DNA of 32,000 bases from NCBI RefSeq assembly GCF_000306885.1, contig NC_018267.1:120001-152000 (forward strand), written 5' to 3'. Under the pieces are notes generated by a model. That model was not told the origin of the DNA, ran no database searches, and saw only the letters and a program-made list of their open reading frames with translations. Position 1 is the stretch's first letter; each line of letters starts with the position of its first letter. The translations under genes were made by a program, and so were the position numbers. The stretch comes from Wolbachia endosymbiont of Onchocerca ochengi. GTDB lineage: Bacteria > Pseudomonadota > Alphaproteobacteria > Rickettsiales > Anaplasmataceae. Below, in pieces: positions 1 through 9,294 of the stretch.

Positions 1-1482
1 AAACTGTATATTTATCTAGGTGATAACTTGCCAGAAAATATACCCACTACAAATAATGATAGCTTTAAGGAGGTGATAGGATTAACTTCAATAGAGGATA
101 ATATAAAATATTATGAAATAGATGGAAGTCACTTAAAAAATGACAAACCTAAAAAAATCTATTTTGGCATTGATGTAAGCAATGTAGAGAGAAGTGATAT
201 TATAGATAAAAATGGTAAATATTACGAAAATAACAAATACAGCGTGACCTTGTTTATCAAAAGAAAGATTAACGATTTTATTTCATCAAGTGTAAATAAA
301 GTACTTAATTTTATAAAAAGAGAAGTGATTGGGGACAGTATTAAAGATTTATACAAAGGGTATGCAAAAGGTCTTTCTCAAGGAGTAAGAGTCTTACTTA
401 TTCTATATGTCATATTTACTGTTGTTGGTTATGTACTTGGAACAACACAGTTAAGTAAATTTGACTTCATTATAAGAATAATGAAGATAGCATTTATATC
501 TTTTGCCTTTAGTGATAAGAGCTGGGAACTTTTTGGCACAACTTTATCCAAGTTTTTTGTGGACGGTAGCACTTATTTAGTTGACAGTTTTTCTGGCCAC
601 ATAGGGGAAAGTGGTAAAAATTTTGCATTTTTAGATTTGACAACAGGAGTATTATTCACAAGGGAAACTTGGTTGAAGTTTTTATCGCTAATGCTTGCTG
701 GTCCTTTTGGCTTCATTGCTTTTTTGATAATACTCTATGCTAGTTTTGTGTCCTTAAAATGCATTATTAGTACTACATTTAGATATGTAATATCTACTTC
801 TCTAGTAGCGTTTTTGATATCATTAACACCTTTATTTATCGTATTTATTTTATTTCAACAGACTAAATCTCTATTTGAGAACTGGATAAAAACGTTGGCC
901 CATGTTGCAATACAGCCAGTCATTTTATTTTCATTTTTATCTATTCTGAATCAACTCCTATATTCAGTTTTATATAACCTCACAAACTTTTCTGCGTGCT
1001 ATCAATGTTTAATTAGCATAAATTTCTTGTCATACGATCTTTGCATAATGAAATCGATACTACCTCTTGGATATAGTCCCAGTACTAGCATTGATGTTGC
1101 ACTTGGTACCGGAGAAAGAATAGGTGGATACTTTGCAGCATTACCTATAGACCTAATCCAAGTGTTTATATATCTTATTATTGCTAGTGCAATGGAAGTT
1201 TTTGTCTCTGCATCAGAAACTATAGCACAAGCAATATTTGGTGCTGGTTGGGGAATTATGGGAAGCATTAGCACGGTTACTAGTAGCGCATCACAATCTA
1301 TACTGTCAATTGTTGGACTTGATGACAAGACTCAGAACATAATACAGGAAATCAAACATAAAGTGGGTAAATATCGACCAGAAATTGAGTTTAAATCCAA
1401 GCAGTACGAATTGCAGCCTGCAGGCGAGAATAAACAATCAGATGCAACAAATGAAAAAGGAAAAAATGTACTAAAAAAATGA
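1..1482 (+). CDS. VirB6/TrbL-family type IV secretion protein, 3' part (gene continues upstream of the window)
   Basis: The frame is open from base 1 (KLYIYLGDNLPEN...), so the listed TTG start at 28 is probably internal. There are several transmembrane stretches and a lysine-rich C-terminus, and a second VirB6-like gene lies directly downstream. Confidence 0.8.
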   Translation, partial: KLYIYLGDNLPENIPTTNNDSFKEVIGLTSIEDNIKYYEIDGSHLKNDKPKKIYFGIDVSNVERSDIIDKNGKYYENNKYSVTLFIKRKINDFISSSVNKVLNFIKREVIGDSIKDLYKGYAKGLSQGVRVLLILYVIFTVVGYVLGTTQLSKFDFIIRIMKIAFISFAFSDKSWELFGTTLSKFFVDGSTYLVDSFSGHIGESGKNFAFLDLTTGVLFTRETWLKFLSLMLAGPFGFIAFLIILYASFVSLKCIISTTFRYVISTSLVAFLISLTPLFIVFILFQQTKSLFENWIKTLAHVAIQPVILFSFLSILNQLLYSVLYNLTNFSACYQCLISINFLSYDLCIMKSILPLGYSPSTSIDVALGTGERIGGYFAALPIDLIQVFIYLIIASAMEVFVSASETIAQAIFGAGWGIMGSISTVTSSASQSILSIVGLDDKTQNIIQEIKHKVGKYRPEIEFKSKQYELQPAGENKQSDATNEKGKNVLKK

Positions 1483-1642
1483 AGGAAGGTACAGAAAAAG
1501 AAGACAGAAACAAAAGAAATGATACTCAATGATCTGACAGTAAAAAAGATTAAGAAGGAGAAGCATGGCTGCTACTATAGAGTAACTAATTGAAAAGATA
1601 TCTTAAGTAAAGTTTATTTCTATATTCAGAAAAAATTTAGAT

Positions 1643-4600
1643 ATGCAGTTACGCTTAAGCAAATTTTGTTTTAGATTACTACTTCTTACAACTTATGCAC
1701 TAATAACAAGTTGTGACAAGAACGATATGCCCTTTCCAAGGTGCATATCTGCTGACTATTTTGGTCCTGAACCTATTACAGTAAGCGCCCACTTTTTAGA
1801 TGATCACGATGCTTTCATCCAAGAAAATGAAGAAGTTATTGACTATGATACTGGAGAATTCAATAATGGTCTTCACCCAAATCAAGTAGTAAAATGGAAA
1901 GATACAGGACTCGAGACCAACGGAGATGATTTAGTAGTGCGAGTTAATGGTGCATGGATATCTTGGAACAATAACAATAGAAAAGAATCTAAAGATAACT
2001 ATAGCTTGCAAAAATTAGAGCAGTTGAAATACACAACTAAATTCGAAGGTGAGCAAGGTGATAATAGTTTACCTAGCTTTTATTTAGTTTGTAATGATTA
2101 TAAATCTAGTATACAGAAATTTTCAAGTAATCATAACACAAATTGCACTGTAAATTGTAAGTGTGTTAATGAGGCTGATAGCAGAAATAAAGCGTTACGT
2201 GGTGCTCCATGTTGGTTTACTAACGGTCATGGTGCTTACTTTTTGTTTAGGAGATCTAATACAAATGCTAGTGGCAAGAAAGAATTCATAGATCCAAATC
2301 CTAATGATAACCTAGAATTAATGCGCAATCCTCAATCTCCCACTATACATTTAGGTTACGACTCCATAGCAGAAGACGGAAACGGACTTTTTACTTTAAA
2401 AAAAGGGGATAGAACTAAATTAAAGGATAGAAACTGTAATATGCTAGAATTAAAAAAGGGATGGAAAATATATGTAAAAATACTAGATAGATATTATTTA
2501 AATAATGCAGGTGGCTACTCTTTTGAATTTTTGAGCGGAGTGCAAAAAACAGGTACCGTTGGATTATTTGATTACATTTATAATTATCTAAAATGTGCAT
2601 TATTGATTAACGAAAATTGTGAAAAGCATTTTAACAGTAACGGTCCCACAGCTGCACAAGCTGTATTTCAGAATATAGCCGAAAAAAGCACTAGCTTTCA
2701 CAATTTCGTTCTTTCCTTACTTGTGTTATTCATAATAATCTCGTCGCTTCTTTATCTTTTTGGCATGATACAGGAAACTAAGCATGATATTCTCATCAGA
2801 ATAATGAAAATCACTTTAGTAATAGTGCTTGTATCTCCTGGAAGTTTTAGGTTTTTCTATGATCATTTTTTCGTTTTATTTGTTAAAAGCCTTGAACAGT
2901 TGATAAGTATAATCACTAATTTTGCTCCAAACATGAACACCGGAAATGTTACTCAGGAAGATGAAACTCATGTTAAATTGTTTAGTTTCATGGAGGACAT
3001 GTTCAACAAGTTTTTTGCTTACTCTGTTTGGAAAAAGTTTGCAGCATTTTTCCATTATCAAATGTGGACAAGTATCATTATGATACCAGCCATTTTTATA
3101 GGAATCGTTTTATATTTCTTGCTATGTGTATATGCCTATATAATATTCCTTTTTGGTTTTGTAGGCATAGCTTTTTTTATAGCTATAATGCCACTGTTTC
3201 TGATTTCTATTTTCTTTTCACCGCTGAAAAGTCTATTTGAAGGTTGGGTAAAATTCTGTATCAGTTTCTGTTTACAATCAATCATGATATTTACCTTATT
3301 GTCATTACTAGCTTCAATTATAATGAATACCTTTTATAGACAACTAGGTTTCACTGTATGTTACAACAAGTGGTTCGAAGTAAAACTATGTGCTCCAAGA
3401 TGGGTGCTCGGCGGTTTTTGTATCGTTGATAAGCAGTACTTTGGTTGGACTCCAGGGCAAATTTTTGTACCTTACTCTCTCGGAGAGACTGCTCCATTGA
3501 AAGTAGATAAAGATATAGAGGGCATAGAAAAATTAAGTAGAGCAGCTGGTACAATAAAATTTACTGGCGGTGCTGGGTATATTCTTCTTCCACCAAATTA
3601 TATCAAAAAAGGTTTCCGTTATATAGATTATCCTTTCTTCAACCCAGTTCCAGGTAATAAAAACAATCTAGCAGACCATTATATTGCAGAAAATGATATA
3701 GTGGTTGACAAGAACTGTAGTGCAAAAGATTTAGTACGTTTAACAAACAGTTTATCTCACGCATTAGAAAAGAACGATATCTTATTGTTAATTAAAAATA
3801 TAGAAAAAAAAATAGGTAATATCGATGATGAAATTACAGAGCGCTACTGTCAATCTCAACAATATAAAGAAAAATGCGAAGACTATAAAAAAATAATAGA
3901 AGATTATAGAAAGGGAATTATTAGACCAAATTTTAAAAGCGAAATAAGATCTTTACTACAGAGTGTAGTGGAAAATCGAGGTTGTAGAGTACTGAAATTT
4001 CATGAATTATATATGGATCCTAACAGTAAATTCTGTCAGAAATGTAAAGATTGCGAGAATTGCAAAAATTATCGGGTAAATAGTGATTACCAAAGGGTAA
4101 AGGACATACAAAAAGGCTATCTAATCGATGTAAAAGAAATCTTTATATTATTCTTGCTTTCATTCTTAATGTTCTCCTTACGCGAGTTTGTACAACAGAT
4201 GGGCTCAAGTATTGCTGGTGGTGGGTTCAGTGTTTATAATATATCTAGCATATATTCAGCATCACCTTTAGTTGGTGCAATAAATGGATTCAAACAACAG
4301 TGGCAAAATTTTGTTGGCGGAAAACTAGAGTCTCTAGGAAGTTGGGCTATTCATCTACCGGACAGATTAGCTGGAGGTACAGCTGATCTACTAGATAGAA
4401 TACCAAGAGTTGGGAGTGTGCTAAAACATGCTATTGATGTGCCACGTAAACTTACAAGCGCTACTATTGAAGCAACAAAATTTGCAACATCGTCTGAGAA
4501 TAATATTGATAAGCTCGAAGAAAAAATTTACAAGGCATTTGGAGTTGATAAAGAAGATATTATACACAGAAGAATTGGTAGATATTTAGACTATTACAAA

Positions 4601-4846
4601 GGATATATGGGGTCACATTTGGGCTATACAATGGAAAGTGCCATGAAATTTAATTGGAAGCATAGTGTTGATTCTATAGGAAAACGTAGCTATAATCATA
4701 ATCTACTCTATAGAACAAAATCGCACAGGCGAGAGTTCTTAGAAAAACTTCATGATTACACCATAGGACATAAAAGAAAGCCAGAAAAATATAAGGATGA
4801 AGGTGATAACAGTCAGTCCAGTATACCAGAAGATGAATCTATATAA
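1643..4846 (+). CDS. VirB6/TrbL-family type IV secretion system protein, 1067 aa, with a lipoprotein-type signal peptide
   Basis: The N-terminus is MQLRLSKFCFRLLLLTTYALITSCDKN, with a lipobox-like LITSC. A large extracytoplasmic domain is followed by a multi-TM core (LLSLLVLFIIISSLLYLFG..., IMIPAIFIGIVLYFLLCVYAYIIFLFGFVGIAFFIAIMPLFLISIFFSPLKSLFEGWVKF) and a hydrophilic C-terminal tail. This is typical of Rickettsiales VirB6 paralogs. Confidence 0.88.
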   Translation: MQLRLSKFCFRLLLLTTYALITSCDKNDMPFPRCISADYFGPEPITVSAHFLDDHDAFIQENEEVIDYDTGEFNNGLHPNQVVKWKDTGLETNGDDLVVRVNGAWISWNNNNRKESKDNYSLQKLEQLKYTTKFEGEQGDNSLPSFYLVCNDYKSSIQKFSSNHNTNCTVNCKCVNEADSRNKALRGAPCWFTNGHGAYFLFRRSNTNASGKKEFIDPNPNDNLELMRNPQSPTIHLGYDSIAEDGNGLFTLKKGDRTKLKDRNCNMLELKKGWKIYVKILDRYYLNNAGGYSFEFLSGVQKTGTVGLFDYIYNYLKCALLINENCEKHFNSNGPTAAQAVFQNIAEKSTSFHNFVLSLLVLFIIISSLLYLFGMIQETKHDILIRIMKITLVIVLVSPGSFRFFYDHFFVLFVKSLEQLISIITNFAPNMNTGNVTQEDETHVKLFSFMEDMFNKFFAYSVWKKFAAFFHYQMWTSIIMIPAIFIGIVLYFLLCVYAYIIFLFGFVGIAFFIAIMPLFLISIFFSPLKSLFEGWVKFCISFCLQSIMIFTLLSLLASIIMNTFYRQLGFTVCYNKWFEVKLCAPRWVLGGFCIVDKQYFGWTPGQIFVPYSLGETAPLKVDKDIEGIEKLSRAAGTIKFTGGAGYILLPPNYIKKGFRYIDYPFFNPVPGNKNNLADHYIAENDIVVDKNCSAKDLVRLTNSLSHALEKNDILLLIKNIEKKIGNIDDEITERYCQSQQYKEKCEDYKKIIEDYRKGIIRPNFKSEIRSLLQSVVENRGCRVLKFHELYMDPNSKFCQKCKDCENCKNYRVNSDYQRVKDIQKGYLIDVKEIFILFLLSFLMFSLREFVQQMGSSIAGGGFSVYNISSIYSASPLVGAINGFKQQWQNFVGGKLESLGSWAIHLPDRLAGGTADLLDRIPRVGSVLKHAIDVPRKLTSATIEATKFATSSENNIDKLEEKIYKAFGVDKEDIIHRRIGRYLDYYKGYMGSHLGYTMESAMKFNWKHSVDSIGKRSYNHNLLYRTKSHRREFLEKLHDYTIGHKRKPEKYKDEGDNSQSSIPEDESI

Positions 4847-4851
4847 AAAAA

Positions 4852-5493
4852 ATGAGAACACCGATGAAAACTAGTAAAAAAAATTTCAAAGGTTTTGGTT
4901 ATTACAAACTATACCAGGATAAAAATGGTAACATAAAGTTAAATGACTATGATGACATTCTAAATGTCCGTAGAGCAAAAGTAGATTTATTACTAGATAA
5001 TATCAAACAGGATGATATTAATCTTTCAAAGCTCAATAAAGTTCTTAGTGAGGAACTCGTAGATAATAAAGAATTACTGTCTGAATTTGATAACGAGGAT
5101 CAAGAAGTTGTACAAGAAGAACTTAAAGTGTTTGATGTTTTAGACAGTCTTGATGATCTTACAAACATTAAAAGCAAAGATTTACTTGAAGTCAGTTTAC
5201 TACTGTCAGATCTTAGTTTCATAGAAAGAAATATTGTACTAAATCCTAGCCAGGATTCTGATCTAGCAGAACTTAAGAAACTCTTTATTGAAAAAAAAGA
5301 ATCTGGTAAAGAGTATAGTGATGAAGAATGTAAAAATTTTCTCGATACCACAGATAAAATCAATACTATAATTAAACTAGAGTTAGAAAGTAGAATTGAA
5401 GAGCTAGCCCATGATAAAACAAATGACTACAATGGCTTACAGGATGAAATTGGTCATTCAATAGTAGATACAACAAATAAATCAAAAAAGTAA
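4852..5493 (+). CDS. conserved hypothetical acidic protein downstream of the VirB6-family cluster
   Basis: A 213-aa ORF starting 5 bp after the VirB6-like stop codon, soluble and rich in Asp/Glu/Lys, probably co-transcribed with it. Confidence 0.65.
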   Translation: MRTPMKTSKKNFKGFGYYKLYQDKNGNIKLNDYDDILNVRRAKVDLLLDNIKQDDINLSKLNKVLSEELVDNKELLSEFDNEDQEVVQEELKVFDVLDSLDDLTNIKSKDLLEVSLLLSDLSFIERNIVLNPSQDSDLAELKKLFIEKKESGKEYSDEECKNFLDTTDKINTIIKLELESRIEELAHDKTNDYNGLQDEIGHSIVDTTNKSKK

Positions 5494-5549
5494 TTAAGTC
5501 TTGAACTCATGTTTACAATTTTCTTCCTGATCAAATTGTCAAAGCTATA

Positions 5550-5578
5550 TTGACATTAATTACATATCATTAAATAAT
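5550..5578 (+). promoter_or_regulatory. putative sigma70 promoter for rsmD
   Basis: TTGACA (5550-5555), 17-bp spacer, AATAAT (5573-5578), about 25 bp upstream of the rsmD ATG at 5603. Confidence 0.5.
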
Positions 5579-5602
5579 TAGTTATTTTAGAATTCTTTTA
5601 GA

Positions 5603-6151
5603 ATGCTGCGTATTATTGCAGGAAAGTATCGTGGAAGAAAAATAGCCACAGGCAAGCATTTAGCCGTACGGCCAACTATGAGCGTTGTCCGAGAGGCAAT
5701 ATTTAATATACTTTCTTCAAAAAAACCTATTTATAATCTAAATGTGCTTGATTTATTCTGTGGAAGTGGGTCTTTTTCATTTGAAGCACTTTCTCGAGGT
5801 GCCAAACATGCATTTATGGTAGACTCAGACTATTATAATTTGCAATTATCTAAAAAAACAGCCAAAGATTTTGGTATTACAGACAATATTACACTCATTT
5901 GTTGCAGTGCTAGCCAGTTACCAAAAATCATTTCACAATGCGACATAGTTTTTATAGACCCACCCTACAATAGTAATCTAGCTTACCCAACTTTAGATGG
6001 ATTAGTTAATTCAGTCTGGTTAAGTGATGATGCATTGATAATTCTCGAAATTAGGAAAAACGAAAATTTTGAATATAATAAAAACTTTAATATAATTTTA
6101 GAACGTACTTATGGAATAGCCAAAATAATTTTTCTTTCTTTATCAACTTAA
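5603..6151 (+). CDS. rsmD: 16S rRNA (guanine(966)-N(2))-methyltransferase RsmD
   Basis: MLRIIAGKYRGRKI..., RPTMSVVREAIFNIL, VLDLFCGSGSFSFEALSRGA, and the methyltransferase motif DIVFIDPPYN. Confidence 0.92.
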   Translation: MLRIIAGKYRGRKIATGKHLAVRPTMSVVREAIFNILSSKKPIYNLNVLDLFCGSGSFSFEALSRGAKHAFMVDSDYYNLQLSKKTAKDFGITDNITLICCSASQLPKIISQCDIVFIDPPYNSNLAYPTLDGLVNSVWLSDDALIILEIRKNENFEYNKNFNIILERTYGIAKIIFLSLST

Positions 6152-6217
6152 GTTTGTATATATCCCTCTATTAATTAGGTTTCAGTTCTATTTTTATCAA
6201 ATTTTTAGAGGATTTGC

Positions 6218-6624
6218 TTATTTTACAAGTATTTTATTTAAGTTTTTATTAAGTTTACGATTTATTAAATATTCATGTGTATCACTAATAAATTTATTTT
6301 CTTTTTCTTCGTATTTTTTTCACTCCCACAACAAACTAAATGTTCTTTATGAGCAACATGAATATTATCTTTATCATTACAAGGTATTTTAAACCCATAT
6401 TTAAGCAACATATTTTCTCTGAATCTTTCTTGAGTAAACTAATCGCTAAGCTTAGCAACAAGTCGCATTTTCCACGAAATCACAGTGTCACCTTCTCTGC
6501 CAGTAATTAATACAGGACATTTTGTATTTTCCATAACCTTACGCAGATTAAATCCTAATTCACAATGCATGAACCAAAAATTCAAAAATTTTGTAAGAAG
6601 CCACTTTGTGAAAAAAATCTCCTA
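6218..6624 (-). pseudogene. remnant of an unidentified protein-coding gene, C-terminal part
   Basis: The minus strand reads TKWLLTKFLNFWFMHCELGFNLRKVMENTKCPVLITGREGDTVISWKMRLVAKLSD*FTQERFRENMLLKYGFKIPCNDKDNIHVAHKEHLVCCGSEK, then after a 1-nt frameshift in an A-run KYEEKENKFISDTHEYLINRKLNKNLNKILVK*. It has one in-frame stop and one frameshift. Confidence 0.55.
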
Positions 6625-6824
6625 TCCTATTGGGGATAGTTATTAGTTGTATCCTTAAATGAACTATAAGAATTGTTATAAATCAGTGTTAAATAAATTG
6701 CCTAATTTTCAAATCTCTTTAAAACTTCTGCTGCAACTTCCTCTTCTAAGAGAGTTAGTATTTAAAATCACATTTTTAAGTATACATCATTTACAAGCAG
6801 CACGTTTACCATTGCCATTCTGAC

Positions 6825-7124
6825 CTAAATTAATTTCTTACCATTTATTAAAAATTTATATAGCGCTACAATCTTCTTGCTCTCCAAAAGTAACTCTACA
6901 ATATCCTCCATATCTTTTTCAACTTTTGGTCTATATACTCGCCTACAAGCTCTTTTCTATAGAGCTTTACCAACTCAGGGTTAACCTCATTTTCCAATAA
7001 GCTTTTAATTTTGTATATAATAAACTTGTTCTTAATAAAATTAAAAAATATCCATAAGCAAAGTACAACAAAGCATACTGTAGCTAAAATTAATAGTACC
7101 GTCGACGTAAAAGCTTAATCTCAT
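6825..7124 (-). pseudogene. remnant of an unidentified membrane-anchored protein gene, possibly the N-terminal part of the same decayed gene
   Basis: The minus strand reads MRLSF/TSTVLLILATVCFVVLCLWIFFNFIKNKFIIYKIKSLLENEVNPELVKLYRKELVGEYIDQK/VEKDMEDIVELLLESKKIVALYKFLINGKKLI*, with frameshifts at the slashes. Confidence 0.45.
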
Positions 7125-7471
7125 GATCACTTTCTTTGATATACAAAAAACAGTAAAACATTAAAAACTCTGTAGTTTAGCTCAGCGTAGTTTGAAAAAT
7201 GTATCTAAACAACTAATTCTATTGACTCTCTAATTTTATATCCACTAAATTAAAAAATTCCTCATAGTTCAATTTCCATCAAGCTATTTAAACTCCTTGC
7301 TATGCACTTCAAAGTGCTACATTATTCTGTTTCAAAATTTACAAAAGCAACTTAGCTAGATTAAGGTTTGTGCATACTTTTAACAAAGGTTTCATTGACT
7401 TACTCCTTCAAATAAAAGGATCTTAACTAACTTTCTACTATTAACTTTATCTTATCTTTTCCTACGTAACA

Positions 7472-8812
7472 TTACACTAAACAGTATATGTAATTATTCC
7501 TAAAACTTTTAAACATTCTACAAAATGCTTCACCGCGTTCTTCAAAATTTTTCCACTGGTCAAAAGAAGCACATGCAGGAGAAAATAATACAGTTATTTC
7601 TTCTTTGCTGTTTATAGCCTCCTTGAAAGCCAGTTTGAATGCGTTTGCCAGACTGCAACATTTTACAAAATCTATTTTATTTTCCATAGTATTTGCAAAA
7701 GCTTCAGTTGACTCGCCAATAAGAAAGGCTTTTTTAATGTTTGCAAAATGCTTTCTTAGTGATTCTATACCACCATCTTTGCTTTTCCCACCAACAATCC
7801 AATATATGTTTTTATAAGATAAAATTGCCTTTTCGCTCGATTCAGCATTAGTTGCTTTGCTATCATTCACAAAAAGAACATTTGCTATTTTACCAAGTAA
7901 CTCATTTCTATGTTTTAATCCTGAAAAGGATTTGATTCCATCGATAATAATATTGCTATCTACTCTAAGCAGCTTACATACAGTACACGCAGCTGCTACG
8001 TTTTCTGAGTTGGATATTAAGTTTATCTTTACATCACTTACATGATTCTCTAATTCTAAGTGTATTCCAGTATCTGGATACTGAAACGACATTGAAGCTG
8101 AGATGGGAACTTTGTTTCCAGTGAATTTGTTAAATATACCAGCAGTAATTTCACTATCACACCCTATAGCAGCAACCCTACTACCATTTATCAGCTTTGA
8201 TTTAATCGCTATGTAATTTTCCATACTTCCATGTCTATCTATATGGTCTGGTGTAATGTTGAGCAACACTGCGATATCCAAATTAACTTCATTAATTAGC
8301 TCCAACTGAAAAGAGGAGAATTCAATGACACAAATTTCTGTATTCCTGTTCAGATCGAAAACAGGAACACCCAAATTTCCACCAACAGCTACTTTTTTTC
8401 CTGCAGATTTTAATATATGCCCTATTAAGGATGTAGTGGTTGATTTGCCATTTGTTCCTGTGACACCTATTACCTTCTGGTTTTTAGCTTTACCTTCAAG
8501 AAATAGTTCGATATCTGATTTTATTTTGCAGTCAAAGTTTCTTGCAAGTTTTATTATCCAATGCGGCGTTGGATACGAAATCGTTATTCCAGGACTTAAT
8601 ATTAGCGTTCTTATTTCATGCCAATTATACTCCTTAGGATGAATAAAACTACATTCTTTATATATTGCTTTTGCATTCACTATTTGTTCCTCATTATCAT
8701 CCCATGCATATGTTCTTGTACCGCAGTTTACTAGAGCATTAATAACAGATAAACCAGTCTTACCAAGACCAAAAACCGCAACACTTTGATTTTTATACTT
8801 GCCCAGTTGCAT
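7472..8812 (-). CDS. murD: UDP-N-acetylmuramoylalanine--D-glutamate ligase
   Basis: VAVFGLGKTGLSVINAL, VIGVTGTNGKSTTTSLIGHIL, LNITPDHIDRHGSMENY, NDSKATNAESSEKAI, WIVGGKSKDGG and LFSPACASFDQWKNFEERGEAF, all Mur ligase (MurD) motifs. Confidence 0.96.
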   Translation of the reverse strand: MQLGKYKNQSVAVFGLGKTGLSVINALVNCGTRTYAWDDNEEQIVNAKAIYKECSFIHPKEYNWHEIRTLILSPGITISYPTPHWIIKLARNFDCKIKSDIELFLEGKAKNQKVIGVTGTNGKSTTTSLIGHILKSAGKKVAVGGNLGVPVFDLNRNTEICVIEFSSFQLELINEVNLDIAVLLNITPDHIDRHGSMENYIAIKSKLINGSRVAAIGCDSEITAGIFNKFTGNKVPISASMSFQYPDTGIHLELENHVSDVKINLISNSENVAAACTVCKLLRVDSNIIIDGIKSFSGLKHRNELLGKIANVLFVNDSKATNAESSEKAILSYKNIYWIVGGKSKDGGIESLRKHFANIKKAFLIGESTEAFANTMENKIDFVKCCSLANAFKLAFKEAINSKEEITVLFSPACASFDQWKNFEERGEAFCRMFKSFRNNYIYCLV

Positions 8813-8936
8813 TACTTGTTTTAGTTAAAAAGACATTATATAAGTTGTTAATAAGCTGAACGCAAAGAGTTTGCAAATATTAATTATTACCTGTAGAATA
8901 CAGAAAAATTAGCAAGGATTTCAATAGGAAAGTAAT

Positions 8937-9284
8937 ATGCCATCTGTTACTTTTATTTTACCTGGTGGAAGTGAGAAAAGATATGAGGCTACAGAGGGAG
9001 AAACTTTGCTTAATTTAGCTCACAGAAGCGACCCAGATTTGCTTGAAGGCGCGTGTGAAGGCTCTCTCGCTTGCTCTACGTGCCACGTAATTGTTGATCC
9101 AAAATTTTATGATGCTGTAGAAACACATAATCCCATATCTGATGAAGAAAATGACATGTTAGACCTAGTTTTCGGCTTAACAGAGACGTCAAGGCTTGGA
9201 TGCCAAATAAAAATTACAAAAGACATCGACGGTTTGTGTGTAGCCATACCAAGGAATACAAGAAATATATCACTAGACAAATAA
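8937..9284 (+). CDS. fdx: 2Fe-2S ferredoxin, adrenodoxin/ISC type
   Basis: 115 aa with GACEGSLACSTCHV (C-x5-C-x2-C) and a distal Cys in RLGCQIKI. Confidence 0.93.
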   Translation: MPSVTFILPGGSEKRYEATEGETLLNLAHRSDPDLLEGACEGSLACSTCHVIVDPKFYDAVETHNPISDEENDMLDLVFGLTETSRLGCQIKITKDIDGLCVAIPRNTRNISLDK

Positions 9285-9294
9285 ACAATTAGCT

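Noticed and set aside
2415-3554. Minus-strand and short + strand ORFs inside the 1067-aa VirB6-family gene
   Set aside because: Overlapped by a well-supported long membrane-protein CDS; their composition is just the complement or shifted reading of TM codons.
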